Positions 20,261 to 32,367 of a DNA stretch of 64,000 nt are shown one piece after another (the stretch's first letter is position 1; the number at the start of each line of letters is the position of its first letter). A program made the position numbers and the translations under genes. The stretch is from positions 164,869 to 228,868 of the forward strand of contig CAXXHG010000021.1 in NCBI GenBank assembly GCA_963666315.2, read 5' to 3'. Under the pieces are notes generated by a model. It worked only from the letters and a program-made list of their open reading frames with translations. It was not told the DNA's origin and made no database searches. Origin of the DNA: Candidatus Binatia bacterium (GTDB taxonomy: Bacteria > Desulfobacterota > Binatia > Bin18).

Positions 20261-21577
20261 ATGCTGTTCCAAAGTGTCTGTTGTGTGGTTCTGTTCCTGT
20301 GGAGTGTTGCGGCGGTACACGCCGAGCCCGCGCGTATGTGGCACACTATTGCTGAGCTTTCCGAGACAGAGCGTGCCGAGCTCGACCTGCGGACCGACAC
20401 TCCCCGCGACCCTCAGGTGCCGTATCTGCCGGCTGAAAAATACCCGTTCGCTGCGCCGTATACTGCTGAGGAGATGGGCTACCGCGCCATGGAGTTTACC
20501 CATATCTCGCGGTGGTCACATGCTATGGCCGACGCCTTTGGGGCGCTGACCAGCAGCGGTTATCTCAACCAGGGGGTCATGGTTGGCTTGAATTTCTACC
20601 TGCCTGGAGATGCGGGGATGATGGGCCAAGTTCACACCGCGCCTGGTGAGGACTATTATCGCATGGCCTTCTACTACACCTATCCGCCTGAGAGTAACGG
20701 GGCCCAGGATTTATGGGTGCTCAAACGCACGGATCAGCGGTTCACCACCAAGCTTGATTATTTTACCTATTCTCCCACTCTGCGCCGTGTACGTCGCCAG
20801 CCACAGCCGCGCCGTGATACCCGCTTTCCTAATAATGCTCAGTCCTTTGACGATGTCATTGGGCGGGATGCGTGGGAGTTTTCCTGGCGACTGCTGGGCA
20901 CGGATGTCCTGGATAAGACGGTCCGGTTTCCCAACACGCGGACCTTGGTGACGTTAGCTCATCCGGATGGGACGTTCCGTGAAGTACCGACGGCGCAGCT
21001 CAAGATGATGGGGGACAGCTATCCCTTTTATACCGCTGAGGGCGGGGTAGCGTGCTATGTGGTGGAAGCCGAGGCAAGGGCAGAGTGGCTGCCCGATTAT
21101 GCCATTAGCAAGCTCATTTACTGGCTGGACCGGCATTATTTCTATCCACTGCGCATCGAGCAATACAACCGACAAGGCAAGCTCAATATGATCGAGGAGC
21201 GACTGGCCAAGCAGGAGAACCCTGCCCGCGAAGACAGAGGCTACGCCGCCTTACTCGCCCTGTACTATGATCTTTCCTTGGATCTCATGAGTTACAGCCT
21301 GCACGACGCCCACTTGGTTAAAGAGTGGACGCCGAAGGACCGCGAAGTCCTGTTCGGTCCGGACTTTATGCGCCGCGGGTGGCTGATGTACCCGCTCAAA
21401 ACCCAGGCCCTGGTCAACTCACCCGCCGAGTTTTACCTGCGCCCGCTCTTATACCTGGACAAGTTTCCTCAGGAGCGGAAGATCGAACTCTCGCCAGAGG
21501 TCGAGCGGCGCGTGGGGGCTCAAGAAGCCGCCGGTCATGTAGTGTTCGACTCCCAAGTCGAGGCGAGTGCACCGTGA
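20261..21577 (+). CDS. DUF1329-family periplasmic protein (LolA/outer-membrane-sorting-like)
   Basis: Signal peptide (AVHA), YSPTLRRVRRQP, FDDVIGR, CYVVEA, SKLIYWLD, IEQYNRQGKL. Confidence 0.8.
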   Translation: MLFQSVCCVVLFLWSVAAVHAEPARMWHTIAELSETERAELDLRTDTPRDPQVPYLPAEKYPFAAPYTAEEMGYRAMEFTHISRWSHAMADAFGALTSSGYLNQGVMVGLNFYLPGDAGMMGQVHTAPGEDYYRMAFYYTYPPESNGAQDLWVLKRTDQRFTTKLDYFTYSPTLRRVRRQPQPRRDTRFPNNAQSFDDVIGRDAWEFSWRLLGTDVLDKTVRFPNTRTLVTLAHPDGTFREVPTAQLKMMGDSYPFYTAEGGVACYVVEAEARAEWLPDYAISKLIYWLDRHYFYPLRIEQYNRQGKLNMIEERLAKQENPAREDRGYAALLALYYDLSLDLMSYSLHDAHLVKEWTPKDREVLFGPDFMRRGWLMYPLKTQALVNSPAEFYLRPLLYLDKFPQERKIELSPEVERRVGAQEAAGHVVFDSQVEASAP

Positions 21578-21673
21578 AGCAAGTATAGTAGCGATCGTCG
21601 ATACGTTTCACGGTCTGCACGAGCGCGGGCCGCTTCCTCTTTTGTCCAACTCCGATTACAATTTCTTCCACCT

Positions 21674-22375
21674 ATGGACAAGGTCGCTCTTCCAGTCGTA
21701 ATCGCTGATGCAGAAGCCCTCATCTTCGACCTCTTTCACACCCTCACGCGCGTCGACCCGGCGTGGGGGACATATAAGCTGCTGGGTATTTCTAAAGAAG
21801 TGTAGAACACGCACCTGCTTGAAAAGTCGCCTGACCGGCTCACTGGGAAAGAAACTGATCCGCTGACTATTATCCAAAGTCTGGCCCAGGCGATTGACCC
21901 GTCCATTCCACACCATGTCATCCAGCACGGGACGGAAAATCGGATCCAAAAGTTTGCGCAGGCGCTGATCGAGATACCCACGGAAACGGTCCGGTTTTTC
22001 GAGCGACTGAAGAGCACGGGTAAGAAAATCGGTTTGCTCAGCAATGCCGACATCATGGAGTGTGCGGCCTGGGAACAATCTCCCATTGCTCCGTTTTTCG
22101 ATAGCGTGCTCTTTTCCTGCCGCGCGGGCTACGCCAAGCCCGCGCGGCAGATTTATGAAATGAGTCTGCATGAATTACAAGTCCGGCCGCAAGACAGTGT
22201 CTTTATTGGTGATGGTGGGTCTGGAGAGCTGGAAGGCGCGCAAGCAGTTGGCATGACAACGGTCATGATGACCGGCATTATCAAAGATCTCTGGCCGGAC
22301 AGGATAGAGCCCAGAAAACCGTATGCTGATTTTGTGATTGAAAGTCTGACTGAGTTAATCGAAGATCCGCCATAG
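21674..22375 (+). pseudogene. HAD family hydrolase, frameshift plus internal TAG
   Basis: ALIFDLFHTLT motif I is out of frame with KIGLLSNAD, KPARQIY and VFIGDGG; EV*N stop near 21803. Confidence 0.8.
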
Positions 22376-22377
22376 CT

Positions 22378-22974
22378 GTGCCGCCCATTTTCCGAATCGC
22401 CAGCGAACGAGACGCTGAGCAAATCCTGGCGATCTACGCGCCGATCGTGCGGGATACCATCATTTCGTTCGAGCTCGAACCCCCAAGCGTGGCAGAGATG
22501 CGGCAGTTTATCCTCAGCAGCCTGGCAACGCATGCCTGGATGGTGTGTGACAATATTGGAGAGATCTTAGGCTATGTGTACGCAACCCAACATCGTAGCC
22601 GGGCTGCGTACCAGTGGGCAGCGGATGTATCTGTCTACATCAAAGAACAGACGCGGCGTTCAGGATTGGGGCGGGCACTGTATACTTCACTGTTCGAACT
22701 GCTCAAATTGCAAGGTTTCTATCAGGCCTATGCTGGCGTTGCATTGCCGAATCCAGCCAGCGTTGGTCTGCATGAAGCCCTGAGCTTTCAGGCTATCGGT
22801 GTGTATCGTTCAGTTGGGTTTAAGTTTGGCCTGTGGCGGGATGTGGGCTGGTGGTGCTTGCCGCTCCAAGCCGCAGACGCACCTCCCCCGAGGCGGCCCA
22901 TTGATTTGAAAGATGTAAAACAAGACTCCGCAGAATGGAAAGTTGCTCTCAAGTCCGGCTTGTCACGGTTTTGA
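22378..22974 (+). CDS. GNAT N-acetyltransferase (phosphinothricin acetyltransferase/ArsN-like)
   Basis: IYAPIV, ISFELEPP, RAAYQW, SVYI, GLGRALY, PNPASVGLHE, GFKFG-WRDV. Confidence 0.88.
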   Translation: MPPIFRIASERDAEQILAIYAPIVRDTIISFELEPPSVAEMRQFILSSLATHAWMVCDNIGEILGYVYATQHRSRAAYQWAADVSVYIKEQTRRSGLGRALYTSLFELLKLQGFYQAYAGVALPNPASVGLHEALSFQAIGVYRSVGFKFGLWRDVGWWCLPLQAADAPPPRRPIDLKDVKQDSAEWKVALKSGLSRF

Positions 22975-23049
22975 CGAACAACATATCGACGGTAGAACAG
23001 TCGGGAAATATGAGTCCACCAGATCGCCCGTTCTTTCTCTCTCCTTTCA

Positions 23050-23083
23050 TTGCCTTCCTGGTCGCAGCGAGTAGAATGTTGCT
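23050..23083 (+). promoter_or_regulatory. sigma70-like promoter, probably giving a leaderless mRNA for the TA pair
   Basis: ttgcct-16 nt-tagaat, then 6 nt to the ATG at 23084; no SD sequence. Confidence 0.55.
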
Positions 23084-23353
23084 ATGCCTGAGCTAGGTCG
23101 TTTCTTCGGGATTATTATCCATATGTATGCTGAATTCGGTGCACCACCTCATGAGCCCCACTTCCACGCGTACTACCAGGACGATGTAGCAATCTATGGA
23201 ATAGAGTCGATTGAGCTCATTGCTGGGGCGTTTCCACGACGCCAACAGCGTCTGGTTGAAGCATGGGCCGAATTGCACCAAGAAGAGTTGCTGGCCGACT
23301 GGCAGCAGTTACAGGCAGGCCGGAAGCCTAACCCTATCAAGCCACTCAAGTAG
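23084..23353 (+). CDS. DUF4160 protein (putative type II toxin)
   Basis: MPELGRFFGIIIHMY...HEPHFHAYY...LVEAWAELHQEELLADW. Confidence 0.88.
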   Translation: MPELGRFFGIIIHMYAEFGAPPHEPHFHAYYQDDVAIYGIESIELIAGAFPRRQQRLVEAWAELHQEELLADWQQLQAGRKPNPIKPLK

Positions 23354-23365
23354 ATGGGAGAATAC

Positions 23366-23680
23366 ATGCAGCATCCAATACACAAGGTCAAATCCTTCGA
23401 TAGCTTAGGACCTTACACACTCCGTATCTGTTTTGATGATACTACCGAACAGGCTATCGATTTTCAGCCTGTTCTTGCAGGCGAACTGTACGGCCCACTA
23501 CAGGATCAGGCATTATTCAATCAGGTCAGAATTGACCCAGAGGTCCATACTCTTGTCTGGCCTAATGGTGGCGATTTTGACCCCGCTCTTTTGCATGACT
23601 GGCCCCAGCATTGTGTAGCGTTTATGGCTCGCGCCCAGCAATGGGAAGAAGTGTCAAGGGGAGGGCATGCCTCGGAGTAA
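23366..23680 (+). CDS. DUF2442 protein (putative antitoxin)
   Basis: YTLRICFDD, GPLQDQALFNQVRID, TLVWPNGGDFDPALL; adjacent to DUF4160. Confidence 0.85.
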   Translation: MQHPIHKVKSFDSLGPYTLRICFDDTTEQAIDFQPVLAGELYGPLQDQALFNQVRIDPEVHTLVWPNGGDFDPALLHDWPQHCVAFMARAQQWEEVSRGGHASE

Positions 23681-23756
23681 CCAGGGGAAGCGTCTTTTGG
23701 GAGACTTGGGAGAACGGAGTACCTCAATGCACGGGTCTCCTGCTGCGTAAGACACT

Positions 23757-24254
23757 ATGGCTACTCCTCCACAATCGGAACATGCAGAACATGCAGAACA
23801 TACGGAGCTGAAACTGGCGCGGCTGAGCGATGCCTACCGCATCGCGCTTATGTCGCGTGACCTTGTTGAACAGGGGCTGCCCTGGTCCTGGCCCGCACGC
23901 CGGGTGGCCGTACATATTCGCGGTGGTGAGAGTAATGTGCTCACCGCTTGGGTGAAGGGCCGACTCGTTGGTTTCGCGATTATGCAGTTCTATGACGACC
24001 GGGCGCATTTGAATTTACTAGCAGTCGATCCTGCTACGCGGCGTTTTGGGGTTGGTCGCCGTTTAGTCGAGTGGCAAGAAGAGGTGGCCCTCAGCGGAGG
24101 GATGCATATTGTCAATTTAGAAGTCCGAGCCAAAAACGCTGGTGCGAGAGCATTTTACCGCATGTTGGGATATCGAGAAAGCAAACGTATCCCCGACTAT
24201 TACAGCGGTCGGGAGGCAGCGATCCGCATGACGCATGATTTGCGACACGGCTAA
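23757..24254 (+). CDS. GNAT acetyltransferase (RimI-like)
   Basis: AHLNLLAVDPATRRFGVG, LEVRAKNAGARAFY, YYSGREAAIRM. Confidence 0.85.
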   Translation: MATPPQSEHAEHAEHTELKLARLSDAYRIALMSRDLVEQGLPWSWPARRVAVHIRGGESNVLTAWVKGRLVGFAIMQFYDDRAHLNLLAVDPATRRFGVGRRLVEWQEEVALSGGMHIVNLEVRAKNAGARAFYRMLGYRESKRIPDYYSGREAAIRMTHDLRHG

Positions 24255-24333
24255 CACAGGCTGTTACTGGATATCAGGCCATTGGCCCTGTTTGCCGGCG
24301 CATGTGCACGTCGTGCGTCCATACTGACGTTTC

Positions 24334-26382
<2,049 letters not shown>

Positions 26383-26384
26383 TT

Positions 26385-26417
26385 AAAAGAAAGCCCCTGA
26401 AGAAAACTCCAGGGGCT
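26385..26417 (-). terminator. Intrinsic terminator just upstream of the ligA start
   Basis: Minus strand agcccctg-gagttttctt-caggggct followed by ttctttt. Confidence 0.7.
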
Positions 26418-26468
26418 ACGAGGGACCGACGAAACACGATGCTTAGATTTTCTAAACGACGAAATTGC

Positions 26469-26496
26469 ATTATATCGACTCTGCCCGACGGTGCAA
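26469..26496 (-). promoter_or_regulatory. sigma70-like promoter upstream of the ligA leader
   Basis: Minus strand ttgcac-16 nt-tataat. Confidence 0.6.
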
Positions 26497-26533
26497 TAAC
26501 CTCCCTGCCGGAATGGACTTTTTGCCTGCTCTC

Positions 26534-27889
26534 TTAGCCTTGATCCAGTGGCATTCGCACATGGTATTGCTGCCGACCGCGTCCAATAGAGAGTAGGACG
26601 TTTTGTTTCAGACGGACGTCTATAATTTTCCGGCGGAAGTCATCCCGCGTATGTATCTGGATTCCGGCCAGACCGATGATCTGGTCTCCCCGTTCTAACC
26701 CAATCCGCACGGCTGGACTGCTGCGTCGGAGCTGTCCAATCTGAAGACCGTACGGCGTTTCTTTGACGTGAAAACCAAGCAGCCGCCACATCAGGTCGTC
26801 GGCTTTTTCAAACGGAAAGCGGGCCGCCGTAACGGTGAGGGTATCTTCTTTTTCCTGGCGGATAATACGGAAGCGCAGGCTGTCTCCACTTTGGTAGCCC
26901 CGCTCGCGCTGTCGATATTCCTCGCTGGAACGTATCGTTTTGTCGTTGAGGCTGATGATCACATCTCCCCGCTGAAATCCGGCGCGCGAGGCCGGGCTGG
27001 CGGCTTCAACAGTCCGCACCAGGACGCCTTTATTATTGTTCAAAGAGAAATGAAATGCCAAATCGGGAGTCAAGGTCTGTACGACTAACCCGACCCACGG
27101 TGACTCAACCGTCCCGTGGCTGATCAACTCTTCTACAATGCGTTTTGCCCGAGAGATGGGAATGGCGAACCCAATGCCTTGGGCCTTGCCGTAGATGGCG
27201 GTGTTGATGCCGATCAAGGCGCCGTTGATATTGAGCAGCGGCCCGCCCGAATTGCCGGGATTAATGGACGCATCGGTTTGAATGAAATCATAATACGTGC
27301 GACCATCGGTGTTCAGCGAGCGGTTCTGAGCGCTGATGACGCCGGTTGTGATGGTATGCGAGAGGCCGAAGGGATTGCCGATGGCGATAACCGTCTCGCC
27401 GATCATCAGATCGTCGGCACTGCCCAGCGGCAGGTGGGGCAGGGATGTCGTACCGTCGATTTTCAGGACCGCGAGGTCAGAATCAGAATCCGCGCCAACC
27501 AGGCGGGCCTCGAATGTGCGTTCGTCAGCAAGTTGCACCTGGATTTTTCCCGCTTGCAGAATGACGTGTTCATTGGTCAAGATGTAACCGTCGGGACGAA
27601 TGATGACCCCAGACCCCAGACTCCGCCCTGGCCGCTGGCGCGGTAAGGGTTCGAAAAAGTCACGAAAGAATTCATCAAAAAAAGGAGAGCCGCCAAACGG
27701 GCTGCGCGCACGGCGCCTCCCCGCCCCGGACAGAATACTGACAACCGCCGGACTGGCCTTTTCCACCACAACCACAACCGGACTGCGGCGTCCTGACTGC
27801 GCCCATACGGGAGGGGATGGGGAGGCGTACCGCCCAATGCCTCCAACTACAAGGAGGAAGATAACAATCTGAGATGAAGGTCTATTCAT
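26534..27889 (-). CDS. htrA: DegP/HtrA serine protease with two PDZ domains
   Basis: Signal peptide, LGSGVII, TNEHV, DLAVLKI, IQTDASINPGNSGGPL. Confidence 0.93.
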   Translation of the reverse strand: MNRPSSQIVIFLLVVGGIGRYASPSPPVWAQSGRRSPVVVVVEKASPAVVSILSGAGRRRARSPFGGSPFFDEFFRDFFEPLPRQRPGRSLGSGVIIRPDGYILTNEHVILQAGKIQVQLADERTFEARLVGADSDSDLAVLKIDGTTSLPHLPLGSADDLMIGETVIAIGNPFGLSHTITTGVISAQNRSLNTDGRTYYDFIQTDASINPGNSGGPLLNINGALIGINTAIYGKAQGIGFAIPISRAKRIVEELISHGTVESPWVGLVVQTLTPDLAFHFSLNNNKGVLVRTVEAASPASRAGFQRGDVIISLNDKTIRSSEEYRQRERGYQSGDSLRFRIIRQEKEDTLTVTAARFPFEKADDLMWRLLGFHVKETPYGLQIGQLRRSSPAVRIGLERGDQIIGLAGIQIHTRDDFRRKIIDVRLKQNVLLSIGRGRQQYHVRMPLDQG

Positions 27890-27936
27890 AATGTCATAAC
27901 GTCATACTGGTTCGTCTGCGCAGTCTGCTCCCGATA

Positions 27937-29010
27937 CTATTCCGTCAGACCGGGTTGCTGCATGGTCAGACAATGAATGGCACCAAAGCCGAGTACCAGG
28001 TCGGCGCACGGAATCCCAACAGCCCGTCTGGTCGGAAAAAGTTCTTGAAGCACCGCAAGCGCCTGCTGGTCGTTCGGATGGTCATAGGTCGGGACAAGGA
28101 CAACGGCATTGGCAATATAGAAATTAGCATAACTAGCCGGCAGTCGCCCGCCCGCCTGCTCGACGGGACCGGGCATGGGCAAAGGAAGGACGTGGAGCGG
28201 CTGCCCGGCCTGATCCGTCATATGCTGCAGCCGTTCGAGATTATCTTGGAGTGGTTTATAATTCACATCAGTCGGATCGTCTTCTACAGCGCAGACGACG
28301 GTCGTGGGATTTACGAACCGGGCGATGTCGTCTATATGCCCATCCGTATCGTCGCCCGTGATACCGTCTCCCAGCCATCCGATATGGGTAACGCCGAGAT
28401 AGGCCCGGAGTGTAGCCGCAATATCTGAGCGGCTCAGTGTCGGGTTGCGATTCGGGTTGAGCAAACACGATTCGGTCGTGAGCAGCATGCCACACCCATT
28501 CACGTCAATGGAGCCACCTTCGAGCACCAGGTCTGGGGTAAAAGGTGTGATGCCGAGGTATTGGGCAATCTGTTGCGGGACTGCATTATCCAAGTCCCAG
28601 GGCGGATATTTCGATCCCCACGCGTTGAACGTCCAGTCTGTCAGTGCGAGTTCGGCTGTGTCAGAGTGCCGCCGAGTGAGAAAGATCGGGCCGTGGTCGC
28701 GGGCCCAGGCGTCGTTGGTTGGGATCTGGTGCAAGGCAATCTGAGAGAGTGGGATCCCTGCAGCGTGCAGCTGTCGCCGCACGCTAGCGGCAGTGGATGC
28801 GTCATTGACGCAGATGTTGACCTGCTCGGTCCGGTGTAGAACGTTGACCAGCTGGATAGAGATCTCCGGGATGGTTGCAAACTTCCCCGGCCAGGTTTCT
28901 CGATTATGTGGCCAGGCCAGCCAGGTGGCGGCGTGACGCTCCCACTCTGCGGGCATGCGGAAGCCCAGACTCGCGGGGGAGGGTAGTGCATCTCGGGAGG
29001 GAAGACTCAT
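27937..29010 (-). CDS. aguA: Agmatine deiminase
   Basis: RMPAEW, DAWARDHGP, LEGGSID, DTDGHID, ASYANF, GAIHCLT. Confidence 0.93.
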   Translation of the reverse strand: MSLPSRDALPSPASLGFRMPAEWERHAATWLAWPHNRETWPGKFATIPEISIQLVNVLHRTEQVNICVNDASTAASVRRQLHAAGIPLSQIALHQIPTNDAWARDHGPIFLTRRHSDTAELALTDWTFNAWGSKYPPWDLDNAVPQQIAQYLGITPFTPDLVLEGGSIDVNGCGMLLTTESCLLNPNRNPTLSRSDIAATLRAYLGVTHIGWLGDGITGDDTDGHIDDIARFVNPTTVVCAVEDDPTDVNYKPLQDNLERLQHMTDQAGQPLHVLPLPMPGPVEQAGGRLPASYANFYIANAVVLVPTYDHPNDQQALAVLQELFPTRRAVGIPCADLVLGFGAIHCLTMQQPGLTE

Positions 29011-29043
29011 CGAAGGAAGGCGACCTCTGAAAACCAGCACTGC

Positions 29044-29937
29044 TCAATCAATATAGCGCAGGTTCATATCTCCGTAAGCGTCAATACGGCGATCACGCAG
29101 AAACGGCCAATGCTGCCGGGTTGTTTGAATGGCCGTCAGGTCACACGGAACAATCAGGGTTTCTTCACCGTCAGCGCCGGCCTGTTTGAGCACACGGCCA
29201 AACGGGTCACTCACAAACGACGTCCCCCAAAAATTGAGTTTACCTTCTTGGCCGACGCGGTTGATGGCAGCAATATACACCCCATTTGCGATCGCATGGC
29301 CACGTTGGACAGTCTGCCAGGCGTCCTGCTGGACCTGGTATTCTTGGGCATCGTCTGCCGGATGCCCGCCTATGGCCGTAGGATAAAAGAGGATCTGGGC
29401 TCCACTCAGGGCGGTTAAACGGGCTGCCTCTGGGAACCATTGGTCCCAGCATATGAGTACGCCGATCCGCGCATAGCGGGTGTGAAACGTCTGAAATCCG
29501 AGGTCTCCTGGTGTAAAGTAAAATTTTTCGTAATACAGCGGATCGTCGGGAATATGCATTTTGCGGTATTTCCCGATCAGGCTGCCGTCGGCATCAATGA
29601 CGACGGCAGTATTATGAAAGACCCCCTCCGCCCGCTTTTCAAACACGGGTACGATCAGCACGACTTGATGGCTGGCTGCAAGCTGACTCAGCCGCTGCGT
29701 CGTCGGGCCCGGAATGGTCTCGGCAAGTTGAAACCGCTCCACATCTTCACTTTGGCAGAAATACTGGGAACGAAAGAGTTCTTGGAGGCAAATGATCTGT
29801 GCGCCCTGCCGGGCTGCACTCTGGATGTGGTGCACTGCTTTAGCTAGATTGTCCTGGAGCTGATCAGTGCAAGACATCTGGACTAGGCCCAGCGTGACCT
29901 GCTGTAGAGGGGAGCGACGAGTCTGTGTATCTACCAC
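29044..29937 (-). CDS. aguB: N-carbamoylputrescine amidase (nitrilase family); start approximate
   Basis: LQELF, YRKMHIPDDPLYYEKFYF, ICWDQWFPEAAR, WPFLRDRR; adjacent to aguA. Confidence 0.9.
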   Translation of the reverse strand: MVDTQTRRSPLQQVTLGLVQMSCTDQLQDNLAKAVHHIQSAARQGAQIICLQELFRSQYFCQSEDVERFQLAETIPGPTTQRLSQLAASHQVVLIVPVFEKRAEGVFHNTAVVIDADGSLIGKYRKMHIPDDPLYYEKFYFTPGDLGFQTFHTRYARIGVLICWDQWFPEAARLTALSGAQILFYPTAIGGHPADDAQEYQVQQDAWQTVQRGHAIANGVYIAAINRVGQEGKLNFWGTSFVSDPFGRVLKQAGADGEETLIVPCDLTAIQTTRQHWPFLRDRRIDAYGDMNLRYID

Positions 29938-30228
29938 ATACAGAATTGTAGGCGATGGGGTTCCCCGGCTCAATGCCGTCGGACACACGGCCTTGCAGAT
30001 AATGAGGATGCATAAGCAATGATACGCCACGAATCTGCCCTTCGCTGCGCGAGGCAGCAACGCGAGTTCGATACCATGGTAGGGCCGACGATTCGGGGTT
30101 GACTTTTTTGCAACCAGGGGGTGTAAAAGCAATTTATGCTACGGTCACGAGAGCGCTGCGCTTCGGCGTAGGGATACAAACATTTACGTGCGCGACGCAG
30201 CGCCTACAGCGAGCAAAGGATACACGCT

Positions 30229-30993
30229 ATGGAATACGTCGATATCAGCCAGGTCATTAAAGCCGACGGGTTGCGCATCACACTCGTGCAAGGGTTTCCC
30301 AGCCCGTGGGCCCAGGCTGCCAAGGCAATGATGGAGTATAAGAGTCTCGACTATATTGCCGGTCCGCACCAGCCCGGTGGCGAAAATGCCGAGCTGGCGG
30401 CGTGGTCGGGTGTGAACAGCGGGCCGGTCGTTGCCTGGAACGATGAGCAACCTATCAATCGCTGGGATGACATCCTGTTTCTCCTGGAGCGCCTGGCTCC
30501 GGAAAAACTGCTGATCCCTGAAGCGGCGGCAGAACGCGTGCAGTTTTTCGGCCTGGCGCATGAAATGTGCGGCGAACTCGGCTTCGGCTGGAACCGGCGT
30601 CTTGACATGTTTAGACCAGCCATGGAGTCGGGCGAACCGCCGGCAGGCATCGTCAGCATGGGCAACAAATACGGCTACAACCAATCCGATGTTGCGCTGG
30701 CCAATCCGCGCACTATCGCCCTGCTCGAGCTGTTGGCGGCGAGACTCGAGGCGCAGCGCGACAAGGGCAGCAATTACCTCATCGGTGATCAGGTGACTGC
30801 GGTCGATTTTTACTGGGCTGCGTTCAGCAATATGGTGGTCATTCAACCGCCCGAAGAGTGTCCGCTCGATGCCGCTATCCGGCCGATGTTCGAAAACACC
30901 CCGCCGGATGTAGCTGCAGCAGTCGCTCCGATTCTGATTGAACACCGTGATCAGATTATGCGCGCGTATTTCAGAATCCCGATGGAATTCTGA
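30229..30993 (+). CDS. GST-like protein
   Basis: PSPWAQAAK, SGPVVAW, YLIGDQVTAVDFYWA (GST C-terminal motif). Confidence 0.8.
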   Translation: MEYVDISQVIKADGLRITLVQGFPSPWAQAAKAMMEYKSLDYIAGPHQPGGENAELAAWSGVNSGPVVAWNDEQPINRWDDILFLLERLAPEKLLIPEAAAERVQFFGLAHEMCGELGFGWNRRLDMFRPAMESGEPPAGIVSMGNKYGYNQSDVALANPRTIALLELLAARLEAQRDKGSNYLIGDQVTAVDFYWAAFSNMVVIQPPEECPLDAAIRPMFENTPPDVAAAVAPILIEHRDQIMRAYFRIPMEF

Positions 30994-31022
30994 TCATCGG
31001 GACGGTGACTCCGGGGGTCTAT

Positions 31023-32150
31023 ATGCCGAACGTCGTTGAAGAAATCCCTACCGAGTTGAAACCAGCCGCAGAGGCGGCGCTGGCCTGGATCAACCAGGAA
31101 CACGGTGCCCAATTTAAGCTCACCGGGCTGGTGGACGCCGACAAGGCCATGGGCCGAAAAACGGGTCAGCCGATCGAGCTGGAGCTGGTCCTGTGCGAGG
31201 GCGACCTGTGTCTTCGCGAGCATGTGCGCGTGGAGGCCACGAGCCAAGGCTTCGAGGTCAGCGCGATCGAAGCCGAGACGTTGGTGATTCCGCCGCATCT
31301 GGACCCGCCGCTCGGGGTGCGACAGAGCTGGCTCGATGATCAACTCGGGAAGCACGCCTTCATCGTGCTCCTGTTCTACCGCGGGCTGTGGTGACCGCCC
31401 TGCCGCTCCGAGTTGCGGAGCTACGCAAAGTCCGGGGTTGTCGACGCGATCCGCGCAGCTGGTGGTGAAGTTTTCGCCTTAACTAGTGAGCCGCAGAGCC
31501 TGGCGACAGAGGCCGGGCAGGCGTGGGAGATCGGTTTCCCTGCCGTCGGCGATCCCCATCACGAGATACGGAGCGCCTGTCGCCAGGGCGGTTTCTTAAA
31601 CCTATTCGCGAATGAAGACTTCGGACATTTGAGGTTGAGGTCTTGGGCCGCCCATCCCAAGGGCTACTTCCAACCTGGCGTGTTGGCGCTCACGAGTGCA
31701 GGCGGCGTGCTCTATCGGTGGCGATGTCGCCCGACGCACAAGAACATGAGCGGCGCCGGCCGGCGCCCAACCCCTGCATACGTGTGGGCGCAGATGCAGT
31801 CGCGGCTCGCGGACGGCACGGATGACGCGGAGTTGGACGAGGCTCCCGAGTTTGCCAGGCAGGACCTGTCGTGGCCGTTCTTCGTCACGATACTCCTGGC
31901 ACACGGCTGGTTCTTGCGTCCAAAAGCGTTCCCGCTCGGTCGTGCCGATGACATGCCGTCTGCGAAACCTCAGAATATGAAGCGGCGGATCGCCATTTTC
32001 GTCGGCGCCTGGATCGCCGCGTTCGCGGTCCTGCCGACTGGTTGGGCGGCGCTGGGTCTGGCCGCCTGGGGAGCACTCGTATGGCCCGGCTTGGCTGAGC
32101 TTCACCGCCAGTTCCAGAACGTACCGAACGGTGAACCCGACCCGGTTTGA
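31023..32150 (+). CDS. Peroxiredoxin/AhpC-TSA-like predicted selenoprotein (UPPC, Sec124) with an extra N-terminal domain and C-terminal membrane segment
   Basis: LLFYRGLW-TGA-PPCRSELRSY; ORFs 31005..31394 and 31413..32150 share a frame; thioredoxin-fold motifs VFALTSE, GFPAVGDP, QPGVLAL; SECIS-like hairpin. Confidence 0.85.
31405..31421 (+). promoter_or_regulatory. Bacterial SECIS-like hairpin
   Basis: gcuccg-AGUUG-cggagc; the loop begins after 16 nt following the UGA at 31392-31394. Confidence 0.75.
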
Positions 32151-32367
32151 GACTCAACCGCCCGGATGCCTCGGCGCCTTATCAGGGGAGGATGGCCGGG
32201 CATTCAGAAGCGGTTGCGAAGAGTGCGCCAGAATCGGGAAGTGGTCCAAGGTGCCGCATCTTGGAGGGAATCGGCACATTATCCAGGCCCTGGCAAACTT
32301 CTGAGACGCGTGTGGGGCGGCCTCGGGTCAGCCGGAAAGTTGGGAGCCAACCGGCTGCAGGAGCCGG

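Noticed and set aside
32150-32367. GCEEC motif in an intergenic frame, reminiscent of a UBP-type zinc finger
   Set aside because: The remaining ligands and a start codon are missing; too short to support.
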